A stretch of DNA of 28,894 nucleotides from an uncultured Gammaproteobacteria bacterium (GTDB taxonomy: Bacteria > Pseudomonadota > Gammaproteobacteria > Arenicellales > JAANXG01). The DNA is taken from contig CAMYKW010000038.1 of the NCBI GenBank assembly GCA_947259175.1, positions 1 through 28,894 of the forward strand, given 5' to 3'. Both the position numbers and the translations under genes were made by a program. Numbering within the stretch: the first letter of the stretch is position 1; every line of letters begins with the position of its first letter. The notes beneath the pieces are model-generated. The model did no database searches. It was given only the letters and a program-made list of their open reading frames with translations, and was not told where the DNA came from. Shown here in pieces: positions 16,746 to 26,306 of this stretch.

Positions 16746-16936
16746 TCCGATTCCTCCCCCACTGCACGGTCCTTGCACTCGCCCCGGCGACGTTGCGGGC
16801 ACACGAGGCAACGCAGTTTGGCGGGCAAGGTCTTTCCGCAGCCCCCGGACAGCGGTTTTCCGGCGACCAGCAGCCCCAGGCCCAGGCCCAGGCAGCATAG
16901 CGCCACGATGATCAGGGTGCCTATGAATGTCGCCAT
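16742..16936 (-). CDS. nqrM: NqrM-like (DUF539) small membrane/Cys-rich Na+-NQR maturation protein
   Basis: The 64-aa protein MATFIGTLIIVALCCLGLGLGLLVAGKPLSGGCGKTLPAKLRCLVCPQRRRGECKD has one TM helix plus a Cys-x-Cys-rich tail resembling Vibrio NqrM (SGSCGG...CDCPEPC). It starts 4 nt after the nqrF stop. It is hidden inside the track's 91-aa ORF 16742..17017. Confidence 0.7.
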   Translation of the reverse strand: MATFIGTLIIVALCCLGLGLGLLVAGKPLSGGCGKTLPAKLRCLVCPQRRRGECKDRAVGEESE

Positions 16937-16940
16937 GGAC

Positions 16941-18161
16941 TCAGTTTCCGAAGTCGTCGAGCAGGATGTTTTCCTCATCCACACCGAGGTCATCCAACAG
17001 TTTGATGACCGCGGCATTCATCATCGGTGGGCCGCACATGTAGTATTCGCAGTCCTCGGGCGCCGGGTGTTGTTCGAGGTACTCCGTATACAATACCTCA
17101 TGGATAAAACCCGTCAAGCCCTGCCAGTGGTCTTCCGGTTGGGGATCGGACAGGGCCAGGTGCCAGCGGAAATTGTCGTGGGTCCGGGCCAGTGTGTCGA
17201 AGTGCTCGACATAGAAGGCCTCGCGCAGACTGCGGGCGCCGTACCAGAAGGTCATTTTGCGGCGGCTCTTTAGCCGGTTCAACTGGTCGAAGATGTGCGA
17301 TCGCATCGGCGCCATGCCGGCGCCACCGCCGATGAATACCATCTCGGCGTCGGTGTCCCTGGCGAAGAACTCGCCGTAGGGCCCGGACACGGTAACCGTA
17401 TCTCCGGGTTTCAGGTTGAAGATGTACGACGACATGATGCCCGGCGGCGCCTTGGGCGCATCAGGGGGTGGTGTGGCGATGCGCACGTTGAGCATGACGA
17501 TATCGTTTTCTTCCGGATAGTTGGCCATGGAGTAGGCGCGCAGTACCGACTCCTTGACCTCGGATCGTAGTTTGAACAGGCCGTAGCGTTCCCACTCGTC
17601 GCGGTATTCCGCCTCGATGTCGAAGCTCGCGTAGCTCAGCGTGTGCGGCGGGCACTCGATCTGGATGTAGCCGCCGGCCTTGAAGTCCAGGATCTCGCCC
17701 GCGGGGAGCTGTAGCACCAGTTCCTTGATGAAGGTGGCGACATTGTCGTTGGAACGCACCGTGCACTCCCATTTCTTCACCCCGAATATGTCCTCGGGGA
17801 TGTGGATGCGCATGTTCTGGGTCACGGTCACCTGGCACGCCAGGCGCTCGCCTTCCGCGGCTTCACGCTTGGAGATCAGCGATGTCTCCGTCGGCAGCAG
17901 CGATCCGCCGCCTTCCAGCACCTTCACCTTGCACTGGCCGCAGGTGCCGCCACCGCCGCAGGCGGAGGGCACGAAGATTCCCACATTCGCCAATGTGCCG
18001 AGCAACTTGTCGCCCGCCGGCACGGCAAGGTCGCGCTCCTCATTGGCGACGATATGCACGTCACCCTGGGGAACCAGCCGGGCGCGGACCTGCTGTATCA
18101 GTAGGGTGAGCACCAGCAGGATACCGGTGAACAAGGCGACGCTGAGTAGGATTTCCAACAT
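16941..18161 (-). CDS. nqrF: Na+-translocating NADH:quinone oxidoreductase subunit F
   Basis: Near-identity of blocks with Vibrio NqrF ([70 protein letters not shown]). The track ORF has a 182-aa false extension. Confidence 0.95.
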   Translation of the reverse strand: MLEILLSVALFTGILLVLTLLIQQVRARLVPQGDVHIVANEERDLAVPAGDKLLGTLANVGIFVPSACGGGGTCGQCKVKVLEGGGSLLPTETSLISKREAAEGERLACQVTVTQNMRIHIPEDIFGVKKWECTVRSNDNVATFIKELVLQLPAGEILDFKAGGYIQIECPPHTLSYASFDIEAEYRDEWERYGLFKLRSEVKESVLRAYSMANYPEENDIVMLNVRIATPPPDAPKAPPGIMSSYIFNLKPGDTVTVSGPYGEFFARDTDAEMVFIGGGAGMAPMRSHIFDQLNRLKSRRKMTFWYGARSLREAFYVEHFDTLARTHDNFRWHLALSDPQPEDHWQGLTGFIHEVLYTEYLEQHPAPEDCEYYMCGPPMMNAAVIKLLDDLGVDEENILLDDFGN

Positions 18162-18172
18162 AGTTACGTCCG

Positions 18173-18781
18173 CTACAACTGAATCCCCGCCAGGCCGATG
18201 AACGCCAGGGAGATCAGGCCGGTGGTTACAAAAGTGATCCCCAAACCCTGCAGGCCTTCGGGGATGTCGCTGTATTTCATCTTCTCGCGCAGCCCGGCGA
18301 GCGCCACGATGGCGAGCGCCCAGCCGACGCCTACGCCCAGCCCATAGGCCACGCTTTCGGTAAAGGTGTAATCGCGTTGCACCATGAACAGCGAGGCTCC
18401 AAGGATGGCGCAGTTGACGGTGAGCAGCGGCAGGTAGATACCCAGGGTGTTGTAGAGCACGGGGACGAACCGGTGCAGCACGATTTCCAGAATCTGGATC
18501 ATCGCGGCGATCACCGCGATCTGGCTGAGCAGCCCGAGAAAACTGAAATCGAGATGACCCAGTCCGATCCAGTCCAGCGCACCCTGCCGGAGCAGCAGGT
18601 TGTAGATCAGGTTGTTGAGCGGAACGCTGATGCCTTCGACCACAATCACCGCAACCCCCAGGCCGAGGGTGGTCTTGACCTGTTTCGACACCGCCAGGAA
18701 GGTGCACATGCCGAGAAAATACGCCAGGGCGAGGTTTTCGATGAAAACCGAACGGAAAAAGATTTCGACAAACCCGTTCAT
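18173..18781 (-). CDS. nqrE: Na+-NQR subunit E
   Basis: [33 protein letters not shown]... is typical NqrE. A GGAGGTGGAAGG RBS sits upstream. Confidence 0.95.
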   Translation of the reverse strand: MNGFVEIFFRSVFIENLALAYFLGMCTFLAVSKQVKTTLGLGVAVIVVEGISVPLNNLIYNLLLRQGALDWIGLGHLDFSFLGLLSQIAVIAAMIQILEIVLHRFVPVLYNTLGIYLPLLTVNCAILGASLFMVQRDYTFTESVAYGLGVGVGWALAIVALAGLREKMKYSDIPEGLQGLGITFVTTGLISLAFIGLAGIQL

Positions 18782-19437
18782 TGTCCTTCCACCTCCCGCG
18801 GCGCGACGATGGGCTTGAAATCCGGCTGCTCCTGCTGCTCGGGCTTCCAGCTTCTGATGCCCCACACCATGAAACCGATGATAAAAAATGCGCTGGGCGC
18901 CAGCATCAGCATCTCGTTGGGCTGAAACCAGCCGCCGTCGCGCGCCAGTTCCAGGATCTTCACTCCCATCAACGAGCCGTTGCCGAACAATTCGCGGATC
19001 GTGGCCACGAAGATCAGGATGGCGCTGTAGCCCAGGCCGTTGCCGATTGCGTCGGCGATGCTGCGGCGAACGCCATAGTTCATCGCGCACGCCTCGGCGC
19101 GGCCGAGCACGATGCAGTTGGTCACGATCAGGCTGATGTACACACTGAGCGCGCTGGCGGCGGCGGGCAGGTAGGCGGTGAGCAGCTGGTCGATCACCGT
19201 AACTGACGTGGCGATGACGGTAATCTGTACAATCATGCGCACACTGCTGGGCAGATGGTGGCGGATCAGGCTGATGGTGGCGTTCGAGATGATGAGCACC
19301 GCGGTCAGGGCCACGCTCATGATCAGCGATGAGGTGAGCGAATTGGTGATCGCCAGCGCGGCGCAGATGCCCAGCACGTGCAGCGTGAGCGGATTTTCTT
19401 TCAGCAGCGGCGTGGTGACGTATTGCTTGAGTGACAT
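18778..19437 (-). CDS. nqrD: Na+-NQR subunit D
   Basis: [18 protein letters not shown]...[12 protein letters not shown]...GNGLGY matches NqrD. It overlaps the nqrE start by 4 nt. Confidence 0.95.
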   Translation of the reverse strand: MSLKQYVTTPLLKENPLTLHVLGICAALAITNSLTSSLIMSVALTAVLIISNATISLIRHHLPSSVRMIVQITVIATSVTVIDQLLTAYLPAAASALSVYISLIVTNCIVLGRAEACAMNYGVRRSIADAIGNGLGYSAILIFVATIRELFGNGSLMGVKILELARDGGWFQPNEMLMLAPSAFFIIGFMVWGIRSWKPEQQEQPDFKPIVAPREVEGQ

Positions 19438-19439
19438 GT

Positions 19440-20258
19440 TCAGGAGCCCCCGTTTGCGGTGCTTGCGGTCTGGCTGGGTGGTTGTTCGCGCAGCTGATTG
19501 AGCAATGGCTGGAATCCGTGCGGACCCAGCCAGTAGTGCACCAGCGAGGTGACGGCGTCGCCGGTGATGGTCGCCCCGGTCAGCGCATCCACGCGGTGCA
19601 GCGCCGCCGGCGAGTCCGGCGCGATCCTGCCGGGGCCGACGGCGAACACCGGATCGCCGAGATCGTCGTACACTTTACGGCCCCGCCACTTGGCGAGCCA
19701 GTCCGGCCGCGTGATCTGGTCGCCGAGGCCGGGTGTCTCGGTTTGCTCGTAGAAGCTGGCGGCGGCGATGGTGTTCATGTCCCCTTCCAGGGCCAGGTAG
19801 CCGTACAGCATCGACCACATCCCGGCTCCGCGGATCGGCAGGATGATGCGCTTCAGTGCGTTTCCCTCCCACACCAGGTAAACCGTTGCGAAGCGGCTGC
19901 GGGTGCCCAGTTTCGCCAGGTCCTGGTTGGCGGGAACCGCGACTGCGAGTCGCGGATCGCCGGCGGAGCGCCGCTGGTCGAAGGTGTTCGCGTCGATGGA
20001 ATCGTCGAACCCACCCGTGTCGATATCGGCGATGCGCATGTCCAGGCTCTTGAACAGCGCCAGCATCTGTTCGTCGTCGAGTCGTTGCCCCGGTGCGACC
20101 AGTCCGGTGAGTTGCATGATGTTGCGGCTGCGCTCGAGGAGCTGATTGTTGAGATGGATGGGGCGCAGCAGCACTACGGCGGCGGACACCAAAGAGGAGC
20201 AGATCACCGCCACCAGGGCGACGACGATGACCGCCTTTCTGGGATCGTTGTTATCCAT
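19440..20258 (-). CDS. nqrC: Na+-NQR subunit C (FMN-binding)
   Basis: The [17 protein letters not shown] and ETPGLGDQI motifs and the [12 protein letters not shown] flavinylation motif. Confidence 0.95.
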   Translation of the reverse strand: MDNNDPRKAVIVVALVAVICSSLVSAAVVLLRPIHLNNQLLERSRNIMQLTGLVAPGQRLDDEQMLALFKSLDMRIADIDTGGFDDSIDANTFDQRRSAGDPRLAVAVPANQDLAKLGTRSRFATVYLVWEGNALKRIILPIRGAGMWSMLYGYLALEGDMNTIAAASFYEQTETPGLGDQITRPDWLAKWRGRKVYDDLGDPVFAVGPGRIAPDSPAALHRVDALTGATITGDAVTSLVHYWLGPHGFQPLLNQLREQPPSQTASTANGGS

Positions 20259-21420
20259 CGGCGCCGACTTGCTGGCGCCTGCGGCGCCTTTTGATATTGC
20301 GTTCCGTCGCTATGTAATCGATCAACGGCGAGAAAACACTGGCCAGCAGGATGGCGAACAACACGCCCTCGTAATACGCCGGATTGGTGGCGCGGATGGT
20401 CACCGTCAGCGCGCCCACAATCAGGCCGAAGGTCCACCGGCCGGGGTCGGTCATCGGGCCGGCGACCGGATCGGTGGCGATGAACACCACCCCGAACATG
20501 ATGCCGCCCATCACCATCTCCCAATACCAGGGGATGGCGAACAACGCGTTCTCGGGAGCAATGGCGTTGAACAAGGTGGCGGTGACAATCAGTCCGATGA
20601 ATGCACCGGCGATGATCCGCCACGACGCGGTCCCGGTCCACACCAGGAACAGCGCCCCGATGAGGACGCCCAGCGAAGACACCACGCCGATTGGTCCCGG
20701 CTGATCGCCTATGAACATCTGCCAGAAGCTGTAGCCCACGGCGGGGATCACTTTGATCCCGCCTTCCTCTCTGACCAGCTCCAGCACCGTCGGCTGGTCG
20801 TAGCCCGCCACCGGTACCCAGGGATTCTCGCCGTACATCAAGGTGGGGTATGAGAACACCAGAAACGCCGCCCCGAGCAGCGCGGGATTGAACAGGTAAC
20901 GTCCCGACCCGCCGTAAATCAACTTACCCACCACGATGCCGAAACTCATACCCACCGCTACTTGGTACATCGGCGCGGTGGCGGGCATCAGCAGGGCGAA
21001 CAACCAGGCGATCACCAGCAGGCCCTCATCGGGCTCGGTGTTGCGCAGTTTGGCGAACAGCGCCTGCCAAAACGCGCCGACAAGTAACGCCATTGCGAAG
21101 ATGGGCAGAAAATACAACAGCCCGTGCACGAAACAGGCGACGGGGTTGTAGGCATCGAAACCGACGCCGAACTGGCGCAGCACGCCGGCCCGCCACCCCG
21201 GTACCCGCGCGAAGCCGAAATCGGCGATCGCCAGATTGGTCTGGTGTCCCAGGCTCCACGCGCCGATCAGCCACGTCGGCAGGCTGGCGATGACGAAATA
21301 ATTCCATACCCGTTGCACGTTGCTGGCGTCCCGGATGTGCGGAGCGGTGAGCGTCGATCGCTTCGACGACCAGAAGAAGCGGTCTTGCATCAAGCGGAGA
21401 TTTTTTCTGATCTCGGACAT
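20251..21420 (-). CDS. nqrB: Na+-NQR subunit B
   Basis: The LLPIFAM...LFNPALLGAAFLVFSYP...ATDPV...NPAYYEGVLFAILLA...ERNIKRR blocks match NqrB. The start ATG overlaps the nqrA stop (TGATG). Confidence 0.9.
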   Translation of the reverse strand: MSEIRKNLRLMQDRFFWSSKRSTLTAPHIRDASNVQRVWNYFVIASLPTWLIGAWSLGHQTNLAIADFGFARVPGWRAGVLRQFGVGFDAYNPVACFVHGLLYFLPIFAMALLVGAFWQALFAKLRNTEPDEGLLVIAWLFALLMPATAPMYQVAVGMSFGIVVGKLIYGGSGRYLFNPALLGAAFLVFSYPTLMYGENPWVPVAGYDQPTVLELVREEGGIKVIPAVGYSFWQMFIGDQPGPIGVVSSLGVLIGALFLVWTGTASWRIIAGAFIGLIVTATLFNAIAPENALFAIPWYWEMVMGGIMFGVVFIATDPVAGPMTDPGRWTFGLIVGALTVTIRATNPAYYEGVLFAILLASVFSPLIDYIATERNIKRRRRRQQVGADG

Positions 21421-22781
21421 CAGCCACCGCGTTCTATTTCGTTGAGGTTCATGCGCAGCGCCACCCCGTAATCCTGTTTCGCCGGGCACACGAATGAGCA
21501 CAGCGCGAGGTCTTCTTCATCCAGCTCCAGGCAACCCAGGGCCTGGGCCTGGTCGGTGTCTTCGACCAGCAATGCGCGGAACAAGGGCGACGGCAAGATG
21601 TCCAGCGGCATCACCCGGTCGAATACCTTCATCGGCAGCATGCTGGTGTAACGCCCGTTCATGGACGTATCAAAGACGATTCGTTTGCGGTGTCCGCTGC
21701 GCTTGACCAGCGCGGCGCCGGCGCTGTATCTGCGCGGCCACCAACCTAGCCAGCCGAACCTGCGCCGTTCGCCGCCCTCGCCAATGACACTCACCTGGTT
21801 GTGATAGCGGCCGAGATAGGCATTGCCGCCGGCGGCCTTGCGGCCGGTGAGCACGGACCCGGTAATCACCCGACAGGTGCCCGGCTCGTCGATTTCGCCC
21901 CTTACGAGGTCGTCGGTGGAGGCGCCGAGGCGCGTGGCCACGAGCCGGGGTTTACGCACACAGTCACCGCTGAGGGCGACCACCCGCCGGGTGTCGATGG
22001 TGCCCGAGGCCAGGGTATGCCCGATGGCGATGACATCCTGATAACCGATGTACCACACGACACGGTCGCGGCCCGCGGGATCGAGAAAGTGGATGTGGGT
22101 GCCGGCGAGACCGGCGGGGTGGGGTCCCTGGAACGCAACATGCTGCACGCGCTCCACGTCGCCCACCGCGACATCCCAGTCCGATCCGGTGCACAGGTGT
22201 ACCGGGCCGTCGGTCAATCGCGACAACACGCGCAGGCCGGTGGCGAAGGCATCGGCTTGGGGGGCGACGATTACGCGCGGATCGGCGCACAGCGGCACGG
22301 TGTCGATGGCAGTGACGAAAATCGAGCATGGCACGCCGTCTGAGTGCGGCACCCGGCTGTACGGCCGGGTGCGCAACGCGGTCCACAGTCCCGACTGCCG
22401 CAGGCGCTCCGCGAGTTCGGCGCGGTCCGCGTGTGCGATGTCATCGTCGCCCAGCGGGTCGAACATCGGCGGCGTATCGCCGCCTTCCGCGAGTTCGATT
22501 TCGATGCACTCCAGCGCGCGCCGCGCGCCGCGGTTCACCGCCACTACGGTGCCCTTGCCCGGGGCGGTGTACGGCACGCTGAGATCGCGTTTGTCGATGA
22601 ACAGCGGTTGACCCAGGTCTACCTTATCACCGGGCTTGACCAGCATCCTCGGCTTCAGCCCCGGGTAATCCCGGCCATCCAGCGCCACGCGGGCAATTTT
22701 GGGGCCGTCTACGATGGACTGCTCCGGGGCTCCGGCGATCGGGATATCCAGTCCCCTGCGGATGCGTATTGTACGTGTCAT
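21420..22781 (-). CDS. nqrA: Na+-NQR subunit A
   Basis: MTRTIRIRRGLDIPIAGAP...GPHPAGLAGTHIHFL...YLGRYHNQVSVI...LELDEEDLALCSFVCPAK matches Vibrio NqrA block by block. The track ORF has a 48-aa extension. Confidence 0.9.
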   Translation of the reverse strand: MTRTIRIRRGLDIPIAGAPEQSIVDGPKIARVALDGRDYPGLKPRMLVKPGDKVDLGQPLFIDKRDLSVPYTAPGKGTVVAVNRGARRALECIEIELAEGGDTPPMFDPLGDDDIAHADRAELAERLRQSGLWTALRTRPYSRVPHSDGVPCSIFVTAIDTVPLCADPRVIVAPQADAFATGLRVLSRLTDGPVHLCTGSDWDVAVGDVERVQHVAFQGPHPAGLAGTHIHFLDPAGRDRVVWYIGYQDVIAIGHTLASGTIDTRRVVALSGDCVRKPRLVATRLGASTDDLVRGEIDEPGTCRVITGSVLTGRKAAGGNAYLGRYHNQVSVIGEGGERRRFGWLGWWPRRYSAGAALVKRSGHRKRIVFDTSMNGRYTSMLPMKVFDRVMPLDILPSPLFRALLVEDTDQAQALGCLELDEEDLALCSFVCPAKQDYGVALRMNLNEIERGG

Positions 22782-22812
22782 CGATCTGAGCGCCGCCGTC
22801 GACTGGTGTAGA

Positions 22813-23442
22813 TTATCGCGATCTTGCCGCCAGCCTGTGCACATTGTGACAAGTTGAGCATTTGAGATCTTCGAAGGTGATGGTCGTGTCCTTGAAACGG
22901 GGGTGTTCGACTTTTCTCTCGTCATGGCAGCGGTAGCACGTCGCGTTTTGTCCTTCCTTGTCCATCATGCGGTCGGTCTCTGTGTGCAACGAATGACAGG
23001 TGGTGCAGCTCAGTAACGCCCAATCGTGTGCGCTGCTGGCGAACACCACCGCCCGCTCGCCCTCTGCATCCGGCGCGTGGCAGGCGAGGCAGGCGCGTAC
23101 CTGATCGTCCCGCGGTGAGGCTTCGGGCCCTTCGCCGAACCGAACCATGGAAGGGAAGCCCTTGCCGCCATGCGCCCGTGAGACGTGAAAGCTGCCGGGA
23201 CCGTGGCAGTCCTCGCAGCCGCGCCGGGTCATCGGATTATCGGCGCCGTGCACGCCGGTCTGGATCGTGTTGATCTTCTCGCCGGAGTGGCACACCAGGC
23301 ACCCCTGGGTGCCTTCATCGGTAAATATCGGATGACGCTTGTTGTTCTGTGAGTGTGCCAGCGGAACGCTCAAGGTAAACATCAGGCACGTGGATACGAT
23401 ACACCGTAGCCGGCGTTGGGCGGTCAATGAATTCTTGTCCAT
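22813..23442 (-). CDS. Small hexaheme c-type cytochrome (6 CxxCH in ~180 mature residues) with a signal peptide
   Basis: CLVCH, CEDCH, CLACH, CTTCH, CYRCH and CSTCH. The N-terminal hydrophobic segment is LRCIVSTCLMFTLSVPLAHS. The stop lies only 31 nt upstream of nqrA. Confidence 0.8.
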   Translation of the reverse strand: MDKNSLTAQRRLRCIVSTCLMFTLSVPLAHSQNNKRHPIFTDEGTQGCLVCHSGEKINTIQTGVHGADNPMTRRGCEDCHGPGSFHVSRAHGGKGFPSMVRFGEGPEASPRDDQVRACLACHAPDAEGERAVVFASSAHDWALLSCTTCHSLHTETDRMMDKEGQNATCYRCHDERKVEHPRFKDTTITFEDLKCSTCHNVHRLAARSR

Positions 23443-23632
23443 TTCCTTAGGACTTTATGTATAGACTCGGGTTGAGTGACTCGGCGCATCGCCCCGGGCG
23501 GCGACGCTGGGAGCCGCATGCAAAACACGCCGAGACGGGGCGTTGTGCCCGCGATACTTCTGATCGCGGCAGTTCGATTCGAACCGGGCAGTGCGCATCA
23601 TATTCATTTCCTTTTCATTCGACAATAAAGGC

Positions 23633-23648
23633 GGTGGAATCAATTCCA
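23633..23648. promoter_or_regulatory. 16-nt perfect palindrome GTGGAATCAATTCCAC, ~190 nt upstream of the cytochrome-nqr transcription unit. Candidate operator.
   Basis: A 7-2-7 inverted repeat read directly from the sequence. Confidence 0.3.
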
Positions 23649-23829
23649 CGGATAACCGTCACGCACCGCTTGGGTGCATGGTGTGCGTCGACCGCAAATC
23701 GCCGCTGTGAGTCATCGGCGGGCGGCTGGACTATCGCCGTGGCGGCGTAACGGGCGGACACGGAGGATGAGCCGGCCCGATTTAATTCGCAGCCGGAAAG
23801 ACCTGCGCGGCGCACGGTCGCGATGTGCG

Positions 23830-25548
23830 CTATTTCTGCCCGTCCTGGGGCGCGGCCGGCGGCGGCTGGGTTGCGTTGAGCATGCGCACGAGATTGGATG
23901 CGCCAAGCACCGCCGCGGCGCCCTCCAGGCTGGAGCCCTGGGTGCCGACCTGGACCGTGGGCACCTTGATGATGTCCGGGTTCGACCCCGCCACCGCGAG
24001 TACCTGTTTCAACAACTGTAACTGCATGACCCGGTCTTCGCCCAGCACATTGACCTGCGCCTCCTGGCCCTGCGCGATTTCGATCAACTTCAGTTTCTCG
24101 CCCTCGCCTTCGAGCTGGAGTTGCTGTTTGCGGTGCTCGGCGGCGGCCTTGGCGATCTCTGCCCGCACCAGAGTCGACTGCTGGTCCGCGGTGGCCCGCT
24201 CGCGCTCGACCTTGATCCGCTGTTGCTGTGCCTTCTGCTCCTCGGCATAGGTGGTCTGCAACTGGGTGGCGAGCTGTTCGCGCAGGCGCGCGACCAGCAT
24301 CTCCGGGGGGATCGCCGGTTCGCCCATGCGCACCTCCTGGATGGTGACCCCCGCCTTCTTTCCCTCCTCGATGATCGCCTCTTCGACGAGCGCGGTGATG
24401 GTGTCGCGGTTTTCGATGAAGTCGAGCACGCGGCGATCGGGATGCCCGCCTATGGTGCGCAGTATGTCGCGGATCGCGGGGGTGATGATATTGTCTTCGA
24501 CCTTTTGCAGATCGCCGACCGAGGCCACCACCTTCGGCGCGTCGTCCGGATGCACCTGCACCACCACGCGCATGTCCACGGGGATCGTCCAACCCTCGAC
24601 GCGCACGTTGATGGCGCGGTCCGCGGCATCCTCGGGTATTGCTTCGTTGGTGTTCTGTACTTCCTGCTTGATGGAGCCGTCGTCCTCCAGCACCAGGTTG
24701 ATCTTGCGCGTCGCGTAGCCGCCTTTGTAGGCCCAGGTCTGCACCCGGGTGGGTATGATGGTCGCGACGTAAGCGTTGGCGTTCAGATAGTAGCGGCCCG
24801 ACGGCAATGGCTTTTCCCAAACGCCCACGCAGCCCTGCGGCACCAGCGGCATGGACAACTCCTTGCCGCCTTCACCCTTGAAGCGCACCAGGGGATCGGG
24901 GCACGTGTTCACGGTTTGCACATTGGAGCGGATCACCGCCACGTGACCGGTGGCCACGTCCAGCGCCTTCATCCGCTTGACGTCGAACAGATACTGATTA
25001 AGACGGTAGCGGCCCGGCCTGAGCACCGTGAGTTGTGGGCCTTTCTGGCCGCCGCCCCCGGAGAGGAAATGGACCGCATCCAGCATGTTGGTGAATTCGT
25101 TCTCCGGCCAGGGGTCGGCGAGGAACTGACCGTCGCGCAGCGGCCTTCCGTCCTTGGAGACCAGCAGGCCGTACTCGCCCTGGGGGATATCGATCACGGG
25201 TTTTTCCTCGATACGGTACAACACGTTCACCAGGGGTATGAAGTGAAATCCCGGCGGCAGCGTCTTCGCCTGCGGCCCCTTTTCTCCGGGCATGGCGACA
25301 ATCTGGCCGGGCTTCATCCCGGGGCCGGTGTACACCCGATTCATGTGGCCTACGCTGTCGGCGCCGATGATGACGAAGGATCGGGAGATGAACCCGACGA
25401 TGCCCAACAGGACTGCGGCCAAGCCGATATAGCGGTTGAGTTTGATGTTCTTATCGCTATCGGCGTACAGTCTGACGATGAACGTATGTTTGCGGACCAG
25501 CCAAATGCCGAGCAGCAGCAGTAATACCGAAACGATGGCGACGAACAT
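23830..25548 (-). CDS. Flotillin-like SPFH/band-7 family membrane protein
   Basis: Two N-terminal TM helices (MFVAIVSVLLLLLGIWLV; IGLAAVLLGIVGFI), an SPFH core, and a C-terminal Glu/Ala/Gln-rich coiled coil (AEEQKAQQQRIKVERERATADQQ...). An AGAGGGA RBS is present. A hairpin GCGCAC-N9-GTGCGC sits just past the stop. Confidence 0.85.
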   Translation of the reverse strand: MFVAIVSVLLLLLGIWLVRKHTFIVRLYADSDKNIKLNRYIGLAAVLLGIVGFISRSFVIIGADSVGHMNRVYTGPGMKPGQIVAMPGEKGPQAKTLPPGFHFIPLVNVLYRIEEKPVIDIPQGEYGLLVSKDGRPLRDGQFLADPWPENEFTNMLDAVHFLSGGGGQKGPQLTVLRPGRYRLNQYLFDVKRMKALDVATGHVAVIRSNVQTVNTCPDPLVRFKGEGGKELSMPLVPQGCVGVWEKPLPSGRYYLNANAYVATIIPTRVQTWAYKGGYATRKINLVLEDDGSIKQEVQNTNEAIPEDAADRAINVRVEGWTIPVDMRVVVQVHPDDAPKVVASVGDLQKVEDNIITPAIRDILRTIGGHPDRRVLDFIENRDTITALVEEAIIEEGKKAGVTIQEVRMGEPAIPPEMLVARLREQLATQLQTTYAEEQKAQQQRIKVERERATADQQSTLVRAEIAKAAAEHRKQQLQLEGEGEKLKLIEIAQGQEAQVNVLGEDRVMQLQLLKQVLAVAGSNPDIIKVPTVQVGTQGSSLEGAAAVLGASNLVRMLNATQPPPAAPQDGQK

Positions 25549-25754
25549 GGCATCCCTCTTCCTGGTTATAGTCCACTTAGTATAGATCGCATTCCGGACA
25601 TTGCCGCCGCAGCCGGCTCTGCCCTCCACGAGGAATTATTTCTCGGCCGCTCTCGACCCACTACGATCAAAAGCGCATTGTTGTTCACGGAACTATCACG
25701 GCAATGAGGGCAACATAGGCGCGTGTTTAACGCTGTCTATCATCACGAAAAACG

Positions 25755-26156
25755 TTGTTAGCTACAATCACGCCCCTCTACGCCGCACTCTTGGCTTTAT
25801 ACTTTTTCGCTTTGAGCGTGCGGACATTCCGCTTACGTCGAGTTCTGAAAATTCCCATCGGCGACGCCAATGACCCGCGCATGATGCGAGCCATGCGGGT
25901 GCACTCAAACTTCGCCGAGTACACACCCTACGCGCTACTGTTGATATTCATGGTTGAGTTGGGCGGAGGCCATGGCTGGCTTGTGCACGGGCTTTGTATT
26001 TGCCTGATGCTCGGCAGGCTTTCCCATGCAGTCGGGGTCAGCAAGATTTCGGAGAATTACCACTACAGGGTATTTGGCATGGCAATGACTTTCACCGCCC
26101 TGGTCGGCGCCGCGGTACACTTGCTCTCGGCCTACGCTTTATCCCTGTTGTCATAG
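25755..26156 (+). CDS. MAPEG-family (YecN-like) membrane protein
   Basis: RLRRVLKIPIGDANDPRMMRAMRVHSNFAEYTPYALLLIFMVELGGGHGWLVHGLCICLMLGRLSH parallels E. coli YecN (VVRLRMQYRVAYGDGG...AIRIHGNAVEYIPIAIVLML). The only in-frame start is TTG 25755, with no clear RBS. Confidence 0.7.
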   Translation: MLATITPLYAALLALYFFALSVRTFRLRRVLKIPIGDANDPRMMRAMRVHSNFAEYTPYALLLIFMVELGGGHGWLVHGLCICLMLGRLSHAVGVSKISENYHYRVFGMAMTFTALVGAAVHLLSAYALSLLS

Positions 26157-26306
26157 GCCGGATTGATAACCGAAAGGATATTGATGCGGGGATCGGTGCG
26201 CCGGTCGGGTCGCTGATGATGAGGCATGGTCCTGGCGTCAGCAAGCGCTTGGCACCGACCGCATCGACAACTGCCGCTTTGCGAGCACCAGACACAGGAG
26301 ACTAAG

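Noticed and set aside
16431-17273. 280-aa + strand ORF
   Set aside because: Antisense to the CBS, nqrM and nqrF genes.
23615-25524. 401-aa (- strand) and 467-aa (+ strand) ORFs
   Set aside because: One lies in an alternative frame and the other is antisense to the flotillin gene. Both are Arg/Gly/His-rich nonsense. The flotillin frame carries the SPFH and coiled-coil signatures.
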